Positions 17,103 through 26,082 of a stretch of 35,439 nt of DNA are shown one piece after another (position 1 is the first letter of the stretch; each line of letters begins with the position of its first letter). The stretch lies in the sequence record DRR723986_777. One strand, written 5' to 3'. A program made the position numbers and the translations under genes. Under the pieces are notes generated by a model, which was given only the letters and a program-made list of their open reading frames with translations, was not told the DNA's origin and did no database searches.

Positions 17103-18419
17103 TTAGTCCTTCGCAGGCATCAGGGTCATCGCTCCGATGACCATGGCTTCCGTGCCCAGTTCCACCGAAGGCTCCGGCCAGATCCTGAATAACGGGGAAT
17201 GGTGGGACGAAGCATTTTCCAGCTCGTCGGCCGGAGTGCCGCCGACATTGAAATAGACCCCTTTCACGCCGGTATCTGGCGTGACGAAATAGGCAAAATC
17301 CTCGGCTCCCATGCCGTCGCGCGGCGGATCAACCAGCACGCTGTCTGAAATACGCGCGGCAAACGCATCACGCAGACGCTGGGCGGTCGCCGGGTCATTG
17401 AGCGTGGGCGGCGTGGTTTCCGTCTCGGACCGGATCACTTCCGGCATCAGGTCTTCAGGCACATTCATCGAGGTCGCGACCCCGCGCGCCACCCGGTCGA
17501 TACCATCCAGCAACTCCTCTCGGACTTCCGGATCGTCGGAGCGGACAGTGATCTGCATCTCGACCTTGTCGCCAATGATGTTGTGCTTGAAGCCGCCATG
17601 GATGGCCCCGACCGTGATCACGCCCGGCTCCAGCGGCGCGATCGATCGCGAAACAACTGACTGAAGCGAGACAACAATCTGCGATGCGACCAGCACCGGG
17701 TCGATCCCCAAATGCGGATAGGCGCCATGCGCGCCGACGCCGTGCACAATGATGTCCACACTATCGGAGCTGGAGGCGACCTGCTCCAGCGGCACCTGGA
17801 GTTTTCCGGTCTCAAGATCAGCCGCGACATGGAAGGCAATTGCATAGTCCGGTTTCGGGAACCGCTCATAGAGGCCGTCCTGGATCATGGCGCGCGCGCC
17901 GCCGATCCGCTCTTCGGCAGGCTGGCCCACCAGCACCAGCGTGCCCGTCCAGTCTTGCTTGCGCGCAGCCATCTGGCGGGCCGCGCCGACGAGCGAGGTG
18001 ATGTGCACATCATGCCCGCAGGCATGCATCACAGGCTTCTCGATGCCGTCGATATCGACTTGTGTGACCGTGGAGGGTTGGGCGACGCCGCTGTCTTCTT
18101 TCAGCGGCAGGCCATCCATATAAGCGCGCATCAGGACCGTCGGGCCGTCCCCATTTTTCAGGACCGCGACCACGCCGGTGCCGCCAACCCCTTCGGTGAC
18201 GTCATAGCCGAGGGCGCGCAGTTCTGACGCAAGCCGTTTGGCGGTTTCAGTCTCCAGGAAGGAGAGCTCCGGATGCTGGTGGAAATACTGGAAAAGCGGG
18301 CCGAGGTTTTCCTTGTAGTCCTTGTCGATCGCCGCACTGAGCTCGTTGTCGGCCGACGCCATGCCGGCAGTCCCAAGTGCGATCAGTGCGGCGGCGCAAG
18401 CCCGAAGCTTCCAGTCCAT
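17103..18419 (-). CDS. M20D amidohydrolase with Sec signal peptide
   Basis: HQHPELSFLE, MHACGHD, QPAEE, AEDF, HHSP; signal ending ASA; RADMD motif reads RAYMD. Confidence 0.92.
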   Translation of the reverse strand: MDWKLRACAAALIALGTAGMASADNELSAAIDKDYKENLGPLFQYFHQHPELSFLETETAKRLASELRALGYDVTEGVGGTGVVAVLKNGDGPTVLMRAYMDGLPLKEDSGVAQPSTVTQVDIDGIEKPVMHACGHDVHITSLVGAARQMAARKQDWTGTLVLVGQPAEERIGGARAMIQDGLYERFPKPDYAIAFHVAADLETGKLQVPLEQVASSSDSVDIIVHGVGAHGAYPHLGIDPVLVASQIVVSLQSVVSRSIAPLEPGVITVGAIHGGFKHNIIGDKVEMQITVRSDDPEVREELLDGIDRVARGVATSMNVPEDLMPEVIRSETETTPPTLNDPATAQRLRDAFAARISDSVLVDPPRDGMGAEDFAYFVTPDTGVKGVYFNVGGTPADELENASSHHSPLFRIWPEPSVELGTEAMVIGAMTLMPAKD

Positions 18420-18509
18420 GTGATGTCTCCCGCTGTTGGACGCAGGCTAGGCGTCATGCCCGGCGGTGTAAATCACCGACCTGTCAGCCCCAGCCGAACC
18501 TGCAGCAAG

Positions 18510-18529
18510 TAAAGTGCAAAGTCACTTTA
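18510..18529. promoter_or_regulatory. Inverted repeat TAAAGTG-N6-CACTTTA, candidate operator
   Basis: Perfect 7-bp AT-rich arms midway between divergent genes. Confidence 0.55.
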
Positions 18530-18610
18530 GCAGGCGTGCAGCAGCGAACAGGTTGATACGCTTTCGCCAAGCCTGATAAGCGCCCTCTTCCCAAAGAAGG
18601 GCCCCTCCAA

Positions 18611-20824
18611 ATGTCTCTTGCGCTTATCCTCGCCGCGTCAACATTCACTGCCGAACCGGATGATGCCCCGGCAAGACTCGATCCTGTCGTCACAACGGCA
18701 ACGGCCAGCCAGACGCCGCTCAGCGACATCCCGATGTCGGTCAGCGTCATCAACGGGGAGAATCTCGCGCTCGCCTCCGCTTATCTCGGCGCCGAGGATG
18801 TGACAGACCTGCTCACCGGTGTGGAAGCCGCCGTGGCCAATGGCAGCCAGGTGTCCTTCCAGATCCGCGGGATCGGCGCTGTGGACCATCAGGCGCTGAC
18901 ACCGGGCGCTGCGGCCGTCTATTCCGACGGCGTCCTGCTGGCAACAAATGTGCAGACCGGTCTGATGCTGTACGACCTGGCAAGCATCGAGGTGCTGAAA
19001 GGCCCGCAAGGCACATTGTTCGGGCGCAATGCATCCTCTGGCGCAATCAGCTTCCTGACCGCCCGCCCGGAAGATGGCCAGTCCCGCTATCTGCGCGCCG
19101 GATATGGCAATCTGGAACGCACCGATGTGGAAGGAGCGTTCGGTCGGACATCCGGCGGTTTCAGCTACCGCCTTGCCGGACGTTACCTTTCCCGCGATGC
19201 GGCGCTCGACAATACAGGCGGGCCAGACGCGGCAGGCGGCATACGGGACGAATTCGGCCTGCGGCTCGGTCTCAACTGGGAAGATGCCCTTGGCGGATCG
19301 CTCCTGATCCGCACGCACTATGAGGAAGACAATGGTGTGAATGCCGCGCCACGAAATGATACGCTTGGCCTGTCGGGTCATGATATTTCCGTTGGAAGCG
19401 ACGGTATTCAGGATACCGATAATGCGTTCTACGGAACTTCCGCAGATTATGTACGCGAAATCGGCGACTGGACGCTGACCTCCCTCACCGCGTTTGAAGG
19501 CTTCAACCAGTCTTACGGGTTTGACTTCGACGGGGGTGTGGCCCTCTTCGGAAACCCGCTCTTCAATGCAAACCTCTCTTACGATCGCAATTTCAGGCAG
19601 TATTCGCAGGAAGTCCGCCTGAAGACGGAGCGCGACCACAGCTCCACCCTGTTCGGCATCTATGCCGCCGCAGAGGATTTCAGCCAGACCTACACAATCT
19701 GGTGCGGAGAGCTGGCCCCGGACACCCTCCTCGGCACCTGTCCTTATGTCGGAGCCGCCAGCCGGGCCGGTCCTCAACCTGTTTCGGACGGAACCGCCAT
19801 GACGCTCATCACGGACATCCGGCAGGAACGCTCTGTCCTTGCCGCCTTCACCTACAATGAGGTCGCGCTATCCAACCGGCTCACCGCCACGCTCGGCGCC
19901 CGGATCACACGCGAGACAATCGAAGGTGCCGGCGCGGGACGGCACCTCTTCGATGACGGCACAGTGGGCTACAACAATGTCGGCGGTCTTGGCCTTGCCG
20001 CCGGTTCGAACGAAATTGAAGACACAAAGCTTACCGGGAATGCGGCGCTGGCCTATGAGACGGGTGCGGGCACGGCTTATGTGTCCATCGCAAACAGCTA
20101 CAAGTCCGGCGGTTTCAATGGGGAAGTGCAGAACAACGCCACCCACTTTTCCAATGAAGGCCTGTTCGATGCAGAGACCGTCACGGCGTATGAGGCGGGG
20201 CTCAAGTCAGACCCTTCAGGCCGTTTCATCTGGACCGCCGCCCTCTTCTATCAGGACTATGATGCCCCCCAGGCGCGCATCTTCGTGAGCTTTCCGCTTC
20301 CGGACGGTTCCAGCATTACGTCCAATTCCCTCTCCAATCTCGACGCAGCCACCGTTTATGGCCTGGATGCCGAGATGCGCTGGCAGGCAACCGATGCCTT
20401 GTCCCTGCAAGGCGGGCTCACATTGCTCAACACGGAAATTGATCAGACCTCTGATATTGGCGGCAATGCCGGAAAGTTCGATGGCAATCCCTTGCCTTTC
20501 GCGCCGGATGTCTCCGCCACGCTGGGCGGGCGGTATGAATTCGGCGTAGCCCCCAATGCGGACGGCCATATCTCGCTGCACGCAAAGTATCGCAGTCGCT
20601 ATTATCTGGATCCGGACGGACTGGCGTCCCGCATGCAGGAAGGGTTCACAACACTTCAGGCAGAAGCCGGTCTCCGGTTTTCAGATCCCGGAATAGATGT
20701 CAGCCTGTGGGCCCGGAATCTGACAGATGAAGACTATGCCCTCTCCGGGTATGGCTTCATCGGCTACGATACGTTCCGGTCCGATCCGCGTACCTATGGC
20801 CTCCGCATCGGCTACACTTTCTAG
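18611..20824 (+). CDS. TonB-dependent outer-membrane receptor
   Basis: TonB-box-like DPVVTTA, IRGIG, IEVLKGPQGTLFGRNA plug motif, C-terminal PRTYGLRIGYTF. Confidence 0.95.
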   Translation: MSLALILAASTFTAEPDDAPARLDPVVTTATASQTPLSDIPMSVSVINGENLALASAYLGAEDVTDLLTGVEAAVANGSQVSFQIRGIGAVDHQALTPGAAAVYSDGVLLATNVQTGLMLYDLASIEVLKGPQGTLFGRNASSGAISFLTARPEDGQSRYLRAGYGNLERTDVEGAFGRTSGGFSYRLAGRYLSRDAALDNTGGPDAAGGIRDEFGLRLGLNWEDALGGSLLIRTHYEEDNGVNAAPRNDTLGLSGHDISVGSDGIQDTDNAFYGTSADYVREIGDWTLTSLTAFEGFNQSYGFDFDGGVALFGNPLFNANLSYDRNFRQYSQEVRLKTERDHSSTLFGIYAAAEDFSQTYTIWCGELAPDTLLGTCPYVGAASRAGPQPVSDGTAMTLITDIRQERSVLAAFTYNEVALSNRLTATLGARITRETIEGAGAGRHLFDDGTVGYNNVGGLGLAAGSNEIEDTKLTGNAALAYETGAGTAYVSIANSYKSGGFNGEVQNNATHFSNEGLFDAETVTAYEAGLKSDPSGRFIWTAALFYQDYDAPQARIFVSFPLPDGSSITSNSLSNLDAATVYGLDAEMRWQATDALSLQGGLTLLNTEIDQTSDIGGNAGKFDGNPLPFAPDVSATLGGRYEFGVAPNADGHISLHAKYRSRYYLDPDGLASRMQEGFTTLQAEAGLRFSDPGIDVSLWARNLTDEDYALSGYGFIGYDTFRSDPRTYGLRIGYTF

Positions 20825-22815
20825 CGGCAGCTTTCCCGGTCGAACCGCATGGCGACGAAATTCACCGGATCGCCATTGGAATAGTTGAGCGCATAGTAAG
20901 GTTCTGACTCCGTGATGCAGAGGCCCATGCCTTTGGCCTGCGCGCGCAAATGTGCCACCTCCTCGGCCACCGGCGGTTCGGCTTTCCGGTCCTCGTAATT
21001 TACGAGATAAACGACCGGATAGGCGCTCTCATCTGTCGGCAAATCCAGCGGCGTCTCCGGCGGGTGTGTATTCTGAGTACCCATGGTGAGGATGTAGGAC
21101 GGCTCCGCATAGCCAAGCGCAAGGATGCGCTGGGGCGGTGTCATTGCGCAGGCCTCACCCGGGATGCCGCAGACATCTTCCAGCGCCAGACGTGCGGTTT
21201 CCGTCGGCTGCACCCAGACCTGACTCGGCAGCATGAAGATGCGGATATGCCAGCCGATGACGAAGGCTGCCGCTATGCTGAGCCCGATGGAGACAGCCAT
21301 CCGGGCACGGCTGAATTCGATCGCCGCGGCGCCGCAGAGCGCAAACGCCGCCCACCAGAGCCAGACCGGAAACACACGGTAGCCCTGCCAGGTCTGCAAT
21401 ACTTCAGAACTGGATGCGGTGGTGAAATCTCCTGCCGCTTCCGCCATGAAATTATGGGTCACACCGGGATAGGAGACTGCCAGCAACAGGACGGCGCCAA
21501 GTCCGAACAGGGCGAGCGAGAGCCAGCGTGAGACCGGCATCTTCACCCCTTCCATCAGGCGCACCGCAGCATAGCCGCAAAGCAGCGCCATGCCCGGATA
21601 GGCTGGCAGGATATAGTGGCTGAGCAGCGTCGGCATCAGTTCGAAAAAGGCATAGGTCAGCAGCGTCCAGCACAAGAGCAGGCGCAGGCCTTTCACCTCC
21701 GCTGAGGCTTCGGGAGAGGCCGGTGCCCGGCGCCACCATTCGTCCCGTGTCGAGAGGAACCAGAAAACCAGCAGCAGCACGGACGGATAAGCGACCTTTA
21801 CGCCGTTTGCGACGGTCGTGGGCAGGACCAGCGCCAGTAACAGGCTGATCGCAAGCAGCGCGCCGCCAATCAACAAACCTGGCAGACCGGCGCGCGCGAC
21901 AGTTGCCTGACGCACACCCTTCCAGCCTGCGACAAGCCCCGGCACGATCAGCAGGATCGCCGGGAAGAACCAGATCGGCAGATGGGTGAGGTGATAGAAT
22001 GGCCAGCCACCATGGCCTTCCGACGCGCCCGTGAACTTGTCTTTCAGATCCTTGCCGACCGCGCCCTGCAGAAACTCACCGCTCGTCGCCACCTGAACCC
22101 AGATGAACCAGGGCAGGACCAATGCGACGAACAGGAGCGGTCCCGGCCACCAGAGCAGCGGACGCCACCAGTCCCCGCCCCTACCGTTCTCCGCCCGGCC
22201 CCAGACCCAGACGCCGAGCCCTGCATAGAAGGCGACCATGGGCGTCACCGGCCCCTTGATCAAAAAGCCGAGCCCCATGGCGAGCCAGAAGAGGAGGGCC
22301 ATCTGCTTGGGCGAGCCCTCACGCAGGGAAAGCCGCCCCAATGCGCCAATGCCAAACGTCGTCAGGCAGACCAGCACGGCATCGGTCTTTGAAATATGCG
22401 CCTCGGACGTGAGCAGCAGGGTCGAGCCGAACATCGCCGCGCCGAGAAATGCGGCGCGCCGGCCGACCAGCGGGATGCCGCACCAGAAACAGGCCACAGC
22501 CGCAAGGCTCGCGCCGATCCAGCTCGGGAAACGGTAAGTCCAGATCTGCTTGGCTTCAGGCCCGGTGAATACCGCCGTTGAGGCCGCCTGCAGCCAGTGA
22601 ATACCGGCCGGCTTCTTGTTGCGCAGCTCGTCCTGGTACTGGATGCGGATATAGTCATGCTCTTCCAGCATTTCCTTTGAGGCTTGGGCGAACCGGCTTT
22701 CATCCCGGTCCAGCGCTGGCAACATGAAAACACCCGGCGCAGCCGCACTGAAGGTGATGAGGAAGAGAGCGACCCAGGCTTTCCAGCCGGTCGAAAGGCG
22801 GTCGAGCAATGTCAT
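20821..22815 (-). CDS. ArnT-like (GT-C) polyprenyl-phosphate-sugar glycosyltransferase
   Basis: DRDESRFAQASKEM, RNKKPAGIHWLQ, KTD, LIKGP, HYILPAYP; many TM segments. Confidence 0.9.
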   Translation of the reverse strand: MTLLDRLSTGWKAWVALFLITFSAAAPGVFMLPALDRDESRFAQASKEMLEEHDYIRIQYQDELRNKKPAGIHWLQAASTAVFTGPEAKQIWTYRFPSWIGASLAAVACFWCGIPLVGRRAAFLGAAMFGSTLLLTSEAHISKTDAVLVCLTTFGIGALGRLSLREGSPKQMALLFWLAMGLGFLIKGPVTPMVAFYAGLGVWVWGRAENGRGGDWWRPLLWWPGPLLFVALVLPWFIWVQVATSGEFLQGAVGKDLKDKFTGASEGHGGWPFYHLTHLPIWFFPAILLIVPGLVAGWKGVRQATVARAGLPGLLIGGALLAISLLLALVLPTTVANGVKVAYPSVLLLVFWFLSTRDEWWRRAPASPEASAEVKGLRLLLCWTLLTYAFFELMPTLLSHYILPAYPGMALLCGYAAVRLMEGVKMPVSRWLSLALFGLGAVLLLAVSYPGVTHNFMAEAAGDFTTASSSEVLQTWQGYRVFPVWLWWAAFALCGAAAIEFSRARMAVSIGLSIAAAFVIGWHIRIFMLPSQVWVQPTETARLALEDVCGIPGEACAMTPPQRILALGYAEPSYILTMGTQNTHPPETPLDLPTDESAYPVVYLVNYEDRKAEPPVAEEVAHLRAQAKGMGLCITESEPYYALNYSNGDPVNFVAMRFDRESCR

Positions 22816-22984
22816 GGCCCCTCCTCTAACCGGTTCGCGCCGGTTCGTCTTGCGCTTTTGGGCGTGAAGGCCGTGTCAGCCGCAAGTGAAGCGCAGGGCT
22901 CGCCTTTCGCCGGAACGCTCTGTATGACGCGAAGACTTTTTCGAGCGCCGGTTTGGGGGGCGCAGCAGCAGAAGGGATCTGGAT

Positions 22985-23716
22985 TTGGACCAGGCTCTTG
23001 AGTTTTCCGTCGTCGTCCCGGTGCACAATGAATCCGGGAATGTTGCGACCCTGATCGGCGAAATCACCAAGGCGCTCGACGGGCGCGCCTATGAAATGGT
23101 CTTTGTCGACGATGCCTCGACCGACGACACCCGCGCCCAGCTGGTGGAGCTGAAGGCGAAATATCCGATGCTGCGTGTGCTCGGCCACCGGAAGAATGCC
23201 GGCCAGAGCCGTGCGATCCGCTCCGGCATTCTGGCCGCAAAAGCTCCGGTCATCGGCACGCTGGATGGTGATGGCCAGAACGACCCGGCTGACCTGCCGG
23301 ATCTCTACCGCCAGCTCACCCGTCAGGATGCCCCGGAAAAGCTGAACATGGTCATGGGCCGCCGGGCAAAACGCAAGGACACGGCCTGGAAGCGGTTCGG
23401 CTCGCGCTTTGCGAACAATATCCGCAAGCGCATGCTGAAGGATGATTGCGACGACAGCGGTTGCGGCATCAAGGTGATGAAGCGCGCCGCCTATATCCAG
23501 CTCCCTTATTTCGATCACATGCACCGCTATATGCCGGCCCTGATGCGGGCTGAAGGGTTCGATGTGGAATACCGGAACGTCAACCACCGCGAGCGCGGGA
23601 CGGGCAAATCGAACTATACCAATTTCGGCCGCCTGAATGATGCTTTCTCGGATCTGCGCGGTGTCACCTGGCTGATCCGCCGCCGGCGCAATCCGGGCGG
23701 CGCGGACGAAATCTGA
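22985..23716 (+). CDS. GT2 polyprenyl-phosphate glycosyltransferase (ArnC/DPM-like)
   Basis: SVVVPVHNE, VDDASTD, GQSRA, DGDGQNDPAD, DSGCGIK, HRYMPAL; TTG start. Confidence 0.92.
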   Translation: MDQALEFSVVVPVHNESGNVATLIGEITKALDGRAYEMVFVDDASTDDTRAQLVELKAKYPMLRVLGHRKNAGQSRAIRSGILAAKAPVIGTLDGDGQNDPADLPDLYRQLTRQDAPEKLNMVMGRRAKRKDTAWKRFGSRFANNIRKRMLKDDCDDSGCGIKVMKRAAYIQLPYFDHMHRYMPALMRAEGFDVEYRNVNHRERGTGKSNYTNFGRLNDAFSDLRGVTWLIRRRRNPGGADEI

Positions 23717-23964
23717 GCCCCATTAAATTCATGGGCAAACCGCCTGCAAATCGCCCGATTTGCAGGAATACTGGTGGTTAAGGCCGTGGGGGTTTTTTCC
23801 TCGCCTCGCCGGAAACTATCCGGTACACCTCGTGTTAACACGCGCTGAGCGACGGGTTAGTGAACATGAAAAAGGACACGCAGGCAGCCGTCATTGGCGG
23901 GTTCATCGCCAGACGCAAACGGCAAAATGCCGGGTCCCGCAGCAGCACCGAAAAGGGGTATTTG

Positions 23965-24432
23965 ATGCGTGCAATCTTCGGAATCTTTCCGCTACTGGTC
24001 GTGCCGGTGGCCCTCTACAACCTTCTGGCGGTCATGGCCGGCGGCCCTGCGACAACAACCAATGAGCTTGGCCAGATCGTTGCCAGCGATACCGCCCCGC
24101 TTCAGGCCGTGCTGAACGAGACCTTTTTCTCGCTTCCGATGATTTCCGGCGTCAAATGGGTGCTGACCCAGGGCGACGCGATCCTGCTGCTGTCGATCGT
24201 TTTCCTGTTCCTGGAAATCCTGAAGTCGACCAGCACCGGCACCTCGACCATCATCAATCACGCGATTTCGATGATGCTGTTCATCCTGTGCCTGATCGAA
24301 TTCCTGCTGGCGCCGAACTTCGCCACCTCCACCTTCTTCATCCTGATGTCGATGACGCTGCTGGATGTGCTGGCCGGTGTGGTGGTGACCATCGTGTCCG
24401 CCCGGCGCGACTTTGGCGTGGATCACGGCTGA
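23965..24432 (+). CDS. Hypothetical membrane protein
   Basis: GGGG SD before ATG 23965, strong codon bias, about 4 hydrophobic segments, ends ARRDFG. Confidence 0.8.
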   Translation: MRAIFGIFPLLVVPVALYNLLAVMAGGPATTTNELGQIVASDTAPLQAVLNETFFSLPMISGVKWVLTQGDAILLLSIVFLFLEILKSTSTGTSTIINHAISMMLFILCLIEFLLAPNFATSTFFILMSMTLLDVLAGVVVTIVSARRDFGVDHG

Positions 24433-24456
24433 TCCGATACGGAAACCAAAAAACAG

Positions 24457-24486
24457 AAAAGCCCGCTCGATGGAGCGGGCTTTTTT
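24457..24486. terminator. Bidirectional intrinsic terminator
   Basis: AAAA-GCCCGCTC-GATG-GAGCGGGC-TTTTTT between convergent genes. Confidence 0.9.
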
Positions 24487-24507
24487 GATCCGGCGCTATG
24501 ACACGTT

Positions 24508-25098
24508 TCAGTCCTTGCGGTACAGCTCTGCCAGCTGGTCCTGGATGGCGGACATCTGGGCCTGCATGTTGGCAAGCGCCTCGGCCTGCATCTCCATCAT
24601 GGAGCCGGCCGGGGAAGACGACGAGGACGACTTTTCAGGCCTCGACGAGTTGTAGAGCGTCGGCATGAACATCTTCATGGCCTGTTCGAACATCGCCATG
24701 TTCCGGCGGGCCTGTTTCTCGAACATGGTCATCGGATTGGCTGCCTTCTGCCACTCCTTCTGTGCTTCGGCGAAGGAGTTCATCGACATGTCGAGGAAGG
24801 CCGGCAGGAAGGTCTGCGCGCCGCCGCCATAGAAGCCGATCAGCTGGCGCAGGAAGTTCAGCGGCAGGGCGCCCTCGCCCTTGGTTTCCTGTTCGAAGAT
24901 GATCTGCGTCAGAACCTGACGCGTCAGATCCTCGCCCGTCTTGGCATCGCGGACCTCAAAATCCCGACCCTCGCGGACAAGTTCCGACAGGTGATCCAGC
25001 GTCACATAAGACGAGGTCGACGTGTCGTAGAGGCGCCGGTTCGCATATTTTTTGATGATGATTGGCTCCGAAGAACCCGACCCTTTGACCATTTTCAT
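24508..25098 (-). CDS. phaR: Polyhydroxyalkanoate synthesis repressor PhaR
   Basis: IIKKYANRRLYDT..S.YVTL...DAKTGEDLTRQVLTQII. Confidence 0.96.
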   Translation of the reverse strand: MKMVKGSGSSEPIIIKKYANRRLYDTSTSSYVTLDHLSELVREGRDFEVRDAKTGEDLTRQVLTQIIFEQETKGEGALPLNFLRQLIGFYGGGAQTFLPAFLDMSMNSFAEAQKEWQKAANPMTMFEKQARRNMAMFEQAMKMFMPTLYNSSRPEKSSSSSSPAGSMMEMQAEALANMQAQMSAIQDQLAELYRKD

Positions 25099-25130
25099 CC
25101 CTCAGCTTTCCGCAAGGGGAAAGCAATTTT

Positions 25131-25226
25131 TGTGCTATGCCGCATAATCTCGCATAAAATCTGCATGCGACCAATGCGCTATTGAAGTTTCTGCAACAGT
25201 AACGCTAAGCATGCTGCAGTGCAAAA
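25131..25226. promoter_or_regulatory. Putative PhaR-binding TGC-rich sites, best ATGCTGCAGTGCAAAA (25211-25226)
   Basis: TGC-N3-GCA-type elements in the divergent phaR/phaB intergenic region. Confidence 0.6.
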
Positions 25227-25244
25227 TTTGAGGGAGGAGCACCC

Positions 25245-25970
25245 ATGTCCAAAACGGTTCTGGTCACAGGCGGTACACGCGGTATCGGCCACGCCATCAG
25301 CGCAGCCATGGCGAAAGCCGGCTACAAAGTCGCGGCAAACTATGCCGGTAACGAGGAAGCCGCCAAGGCGACCGCCGACGAGCTCGGCATCCATGTCTAC
25401 AAGTTCGATGTCGCTGATTATGACGCCGTTGGCGACGGTATCGCTGCCATCGAAAAAGACCTCGGCCCGATCGACATCGTCGTGAATAATGCCGGCGTGA
25501 CGCGCGATGCGCCCTTCCACAAAATGACGAAAGACCAATGGCAGCAGGTGATCGACATCGATCTGACCTCCGCTTTCAACGTGACGCACCATGTCTGGGA
25601 AGGCATGCGCGAGCGCAATTGGGGCCGCGTCATAAACATCTCGTCCATCAACGGCCAGAAGGGCCAGTTCGGCCAGGCGAACTATTCCGCCGCCAAGGCC
25701 GGCCTGATCGGTTTCAGCAAGGCCCTCGCCCAGGAAGGCGCCAAGAAGGGTATCACCGTGAACACGGTCTGCCCGGGCTATATCGACACCGAGATGGTGC
25801 GTGCCGTGCCTGAAAAAGTTCTCGAAGGCATCATCGCGACGATTCCGGTCGGCCGCCTCGGCAAGCCGGAAGAAATCGCCTCCATGTGCGCCTATCTCGC
25901 CAGCGACGACGGTGCGTTCATCACCGGCGCGACGATGACGGTAAACGGCGCGCAGTATATCGCCGGCTAA
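25245..25970 (+). CDS. phaB: Acetoacetyl-CoA reductase
   Basis: TGGTRGIG, NNAGVTRD, SSINGQKGQFGQANYSAAKAG, PGYIDTEMV; GGAGGAG SD. Confidence 0.95.
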   Translation: MSKTVLVTGGTRGIGHAISAAMAKAGYKVAANYAGNEEAAKATADELGIHVYKFDVADYDAVGDGIAAIEKDLGPIDIVVNNAGVTRDAPFHKMTKDQWQQVIDIDLTSAFNVTHHVWEGMRERNWGRVINISSINGQKGQFGQANYSAAKAGLIGFSKALAQEGAKKGITVNTVCPGYIDTEMVRAVPEKVLEGIIATIPVGRLGKPEEIASMCAYLASDDGAFITGATMTVNGAQYIAG

Positions 25971-25993
25971 GCCTGTTTCGTTCCGGGACAAAG

Positions 25994-26026
25994 AAACGCC
26001 CTCCCCTGCCGGGAGGGCGTTTTTTT
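25994..26026. terminator. Intrinsic terminator after phaB
   Basis: AAACGCCCTCCC-CTGCC-GGGAGGGCGTTTTTTT. Confidence 0.88.
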
Positions 26027-26082
26027 CATGTCCACATATGATCCTGGCATGATCATACCGGACTATAACGGACTTTGCCGGA

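Noticed and set aside
18420-18610. Cobalamin or TPP riboswitch or Fur box before the TonB receptor
   Set aside because: No B12 box, no CTGAGA and no GATAATGAT-like sequence
23824-23849. Full CtrA box
   Set aside because: Only one TTAA half-site; the second half at N7 spacing is poor on both sides
24611-24650. GACGAC/GAG repeats in phaR
   Set aside because: Encodes a Ser-rich linker; not a DNA repeat element
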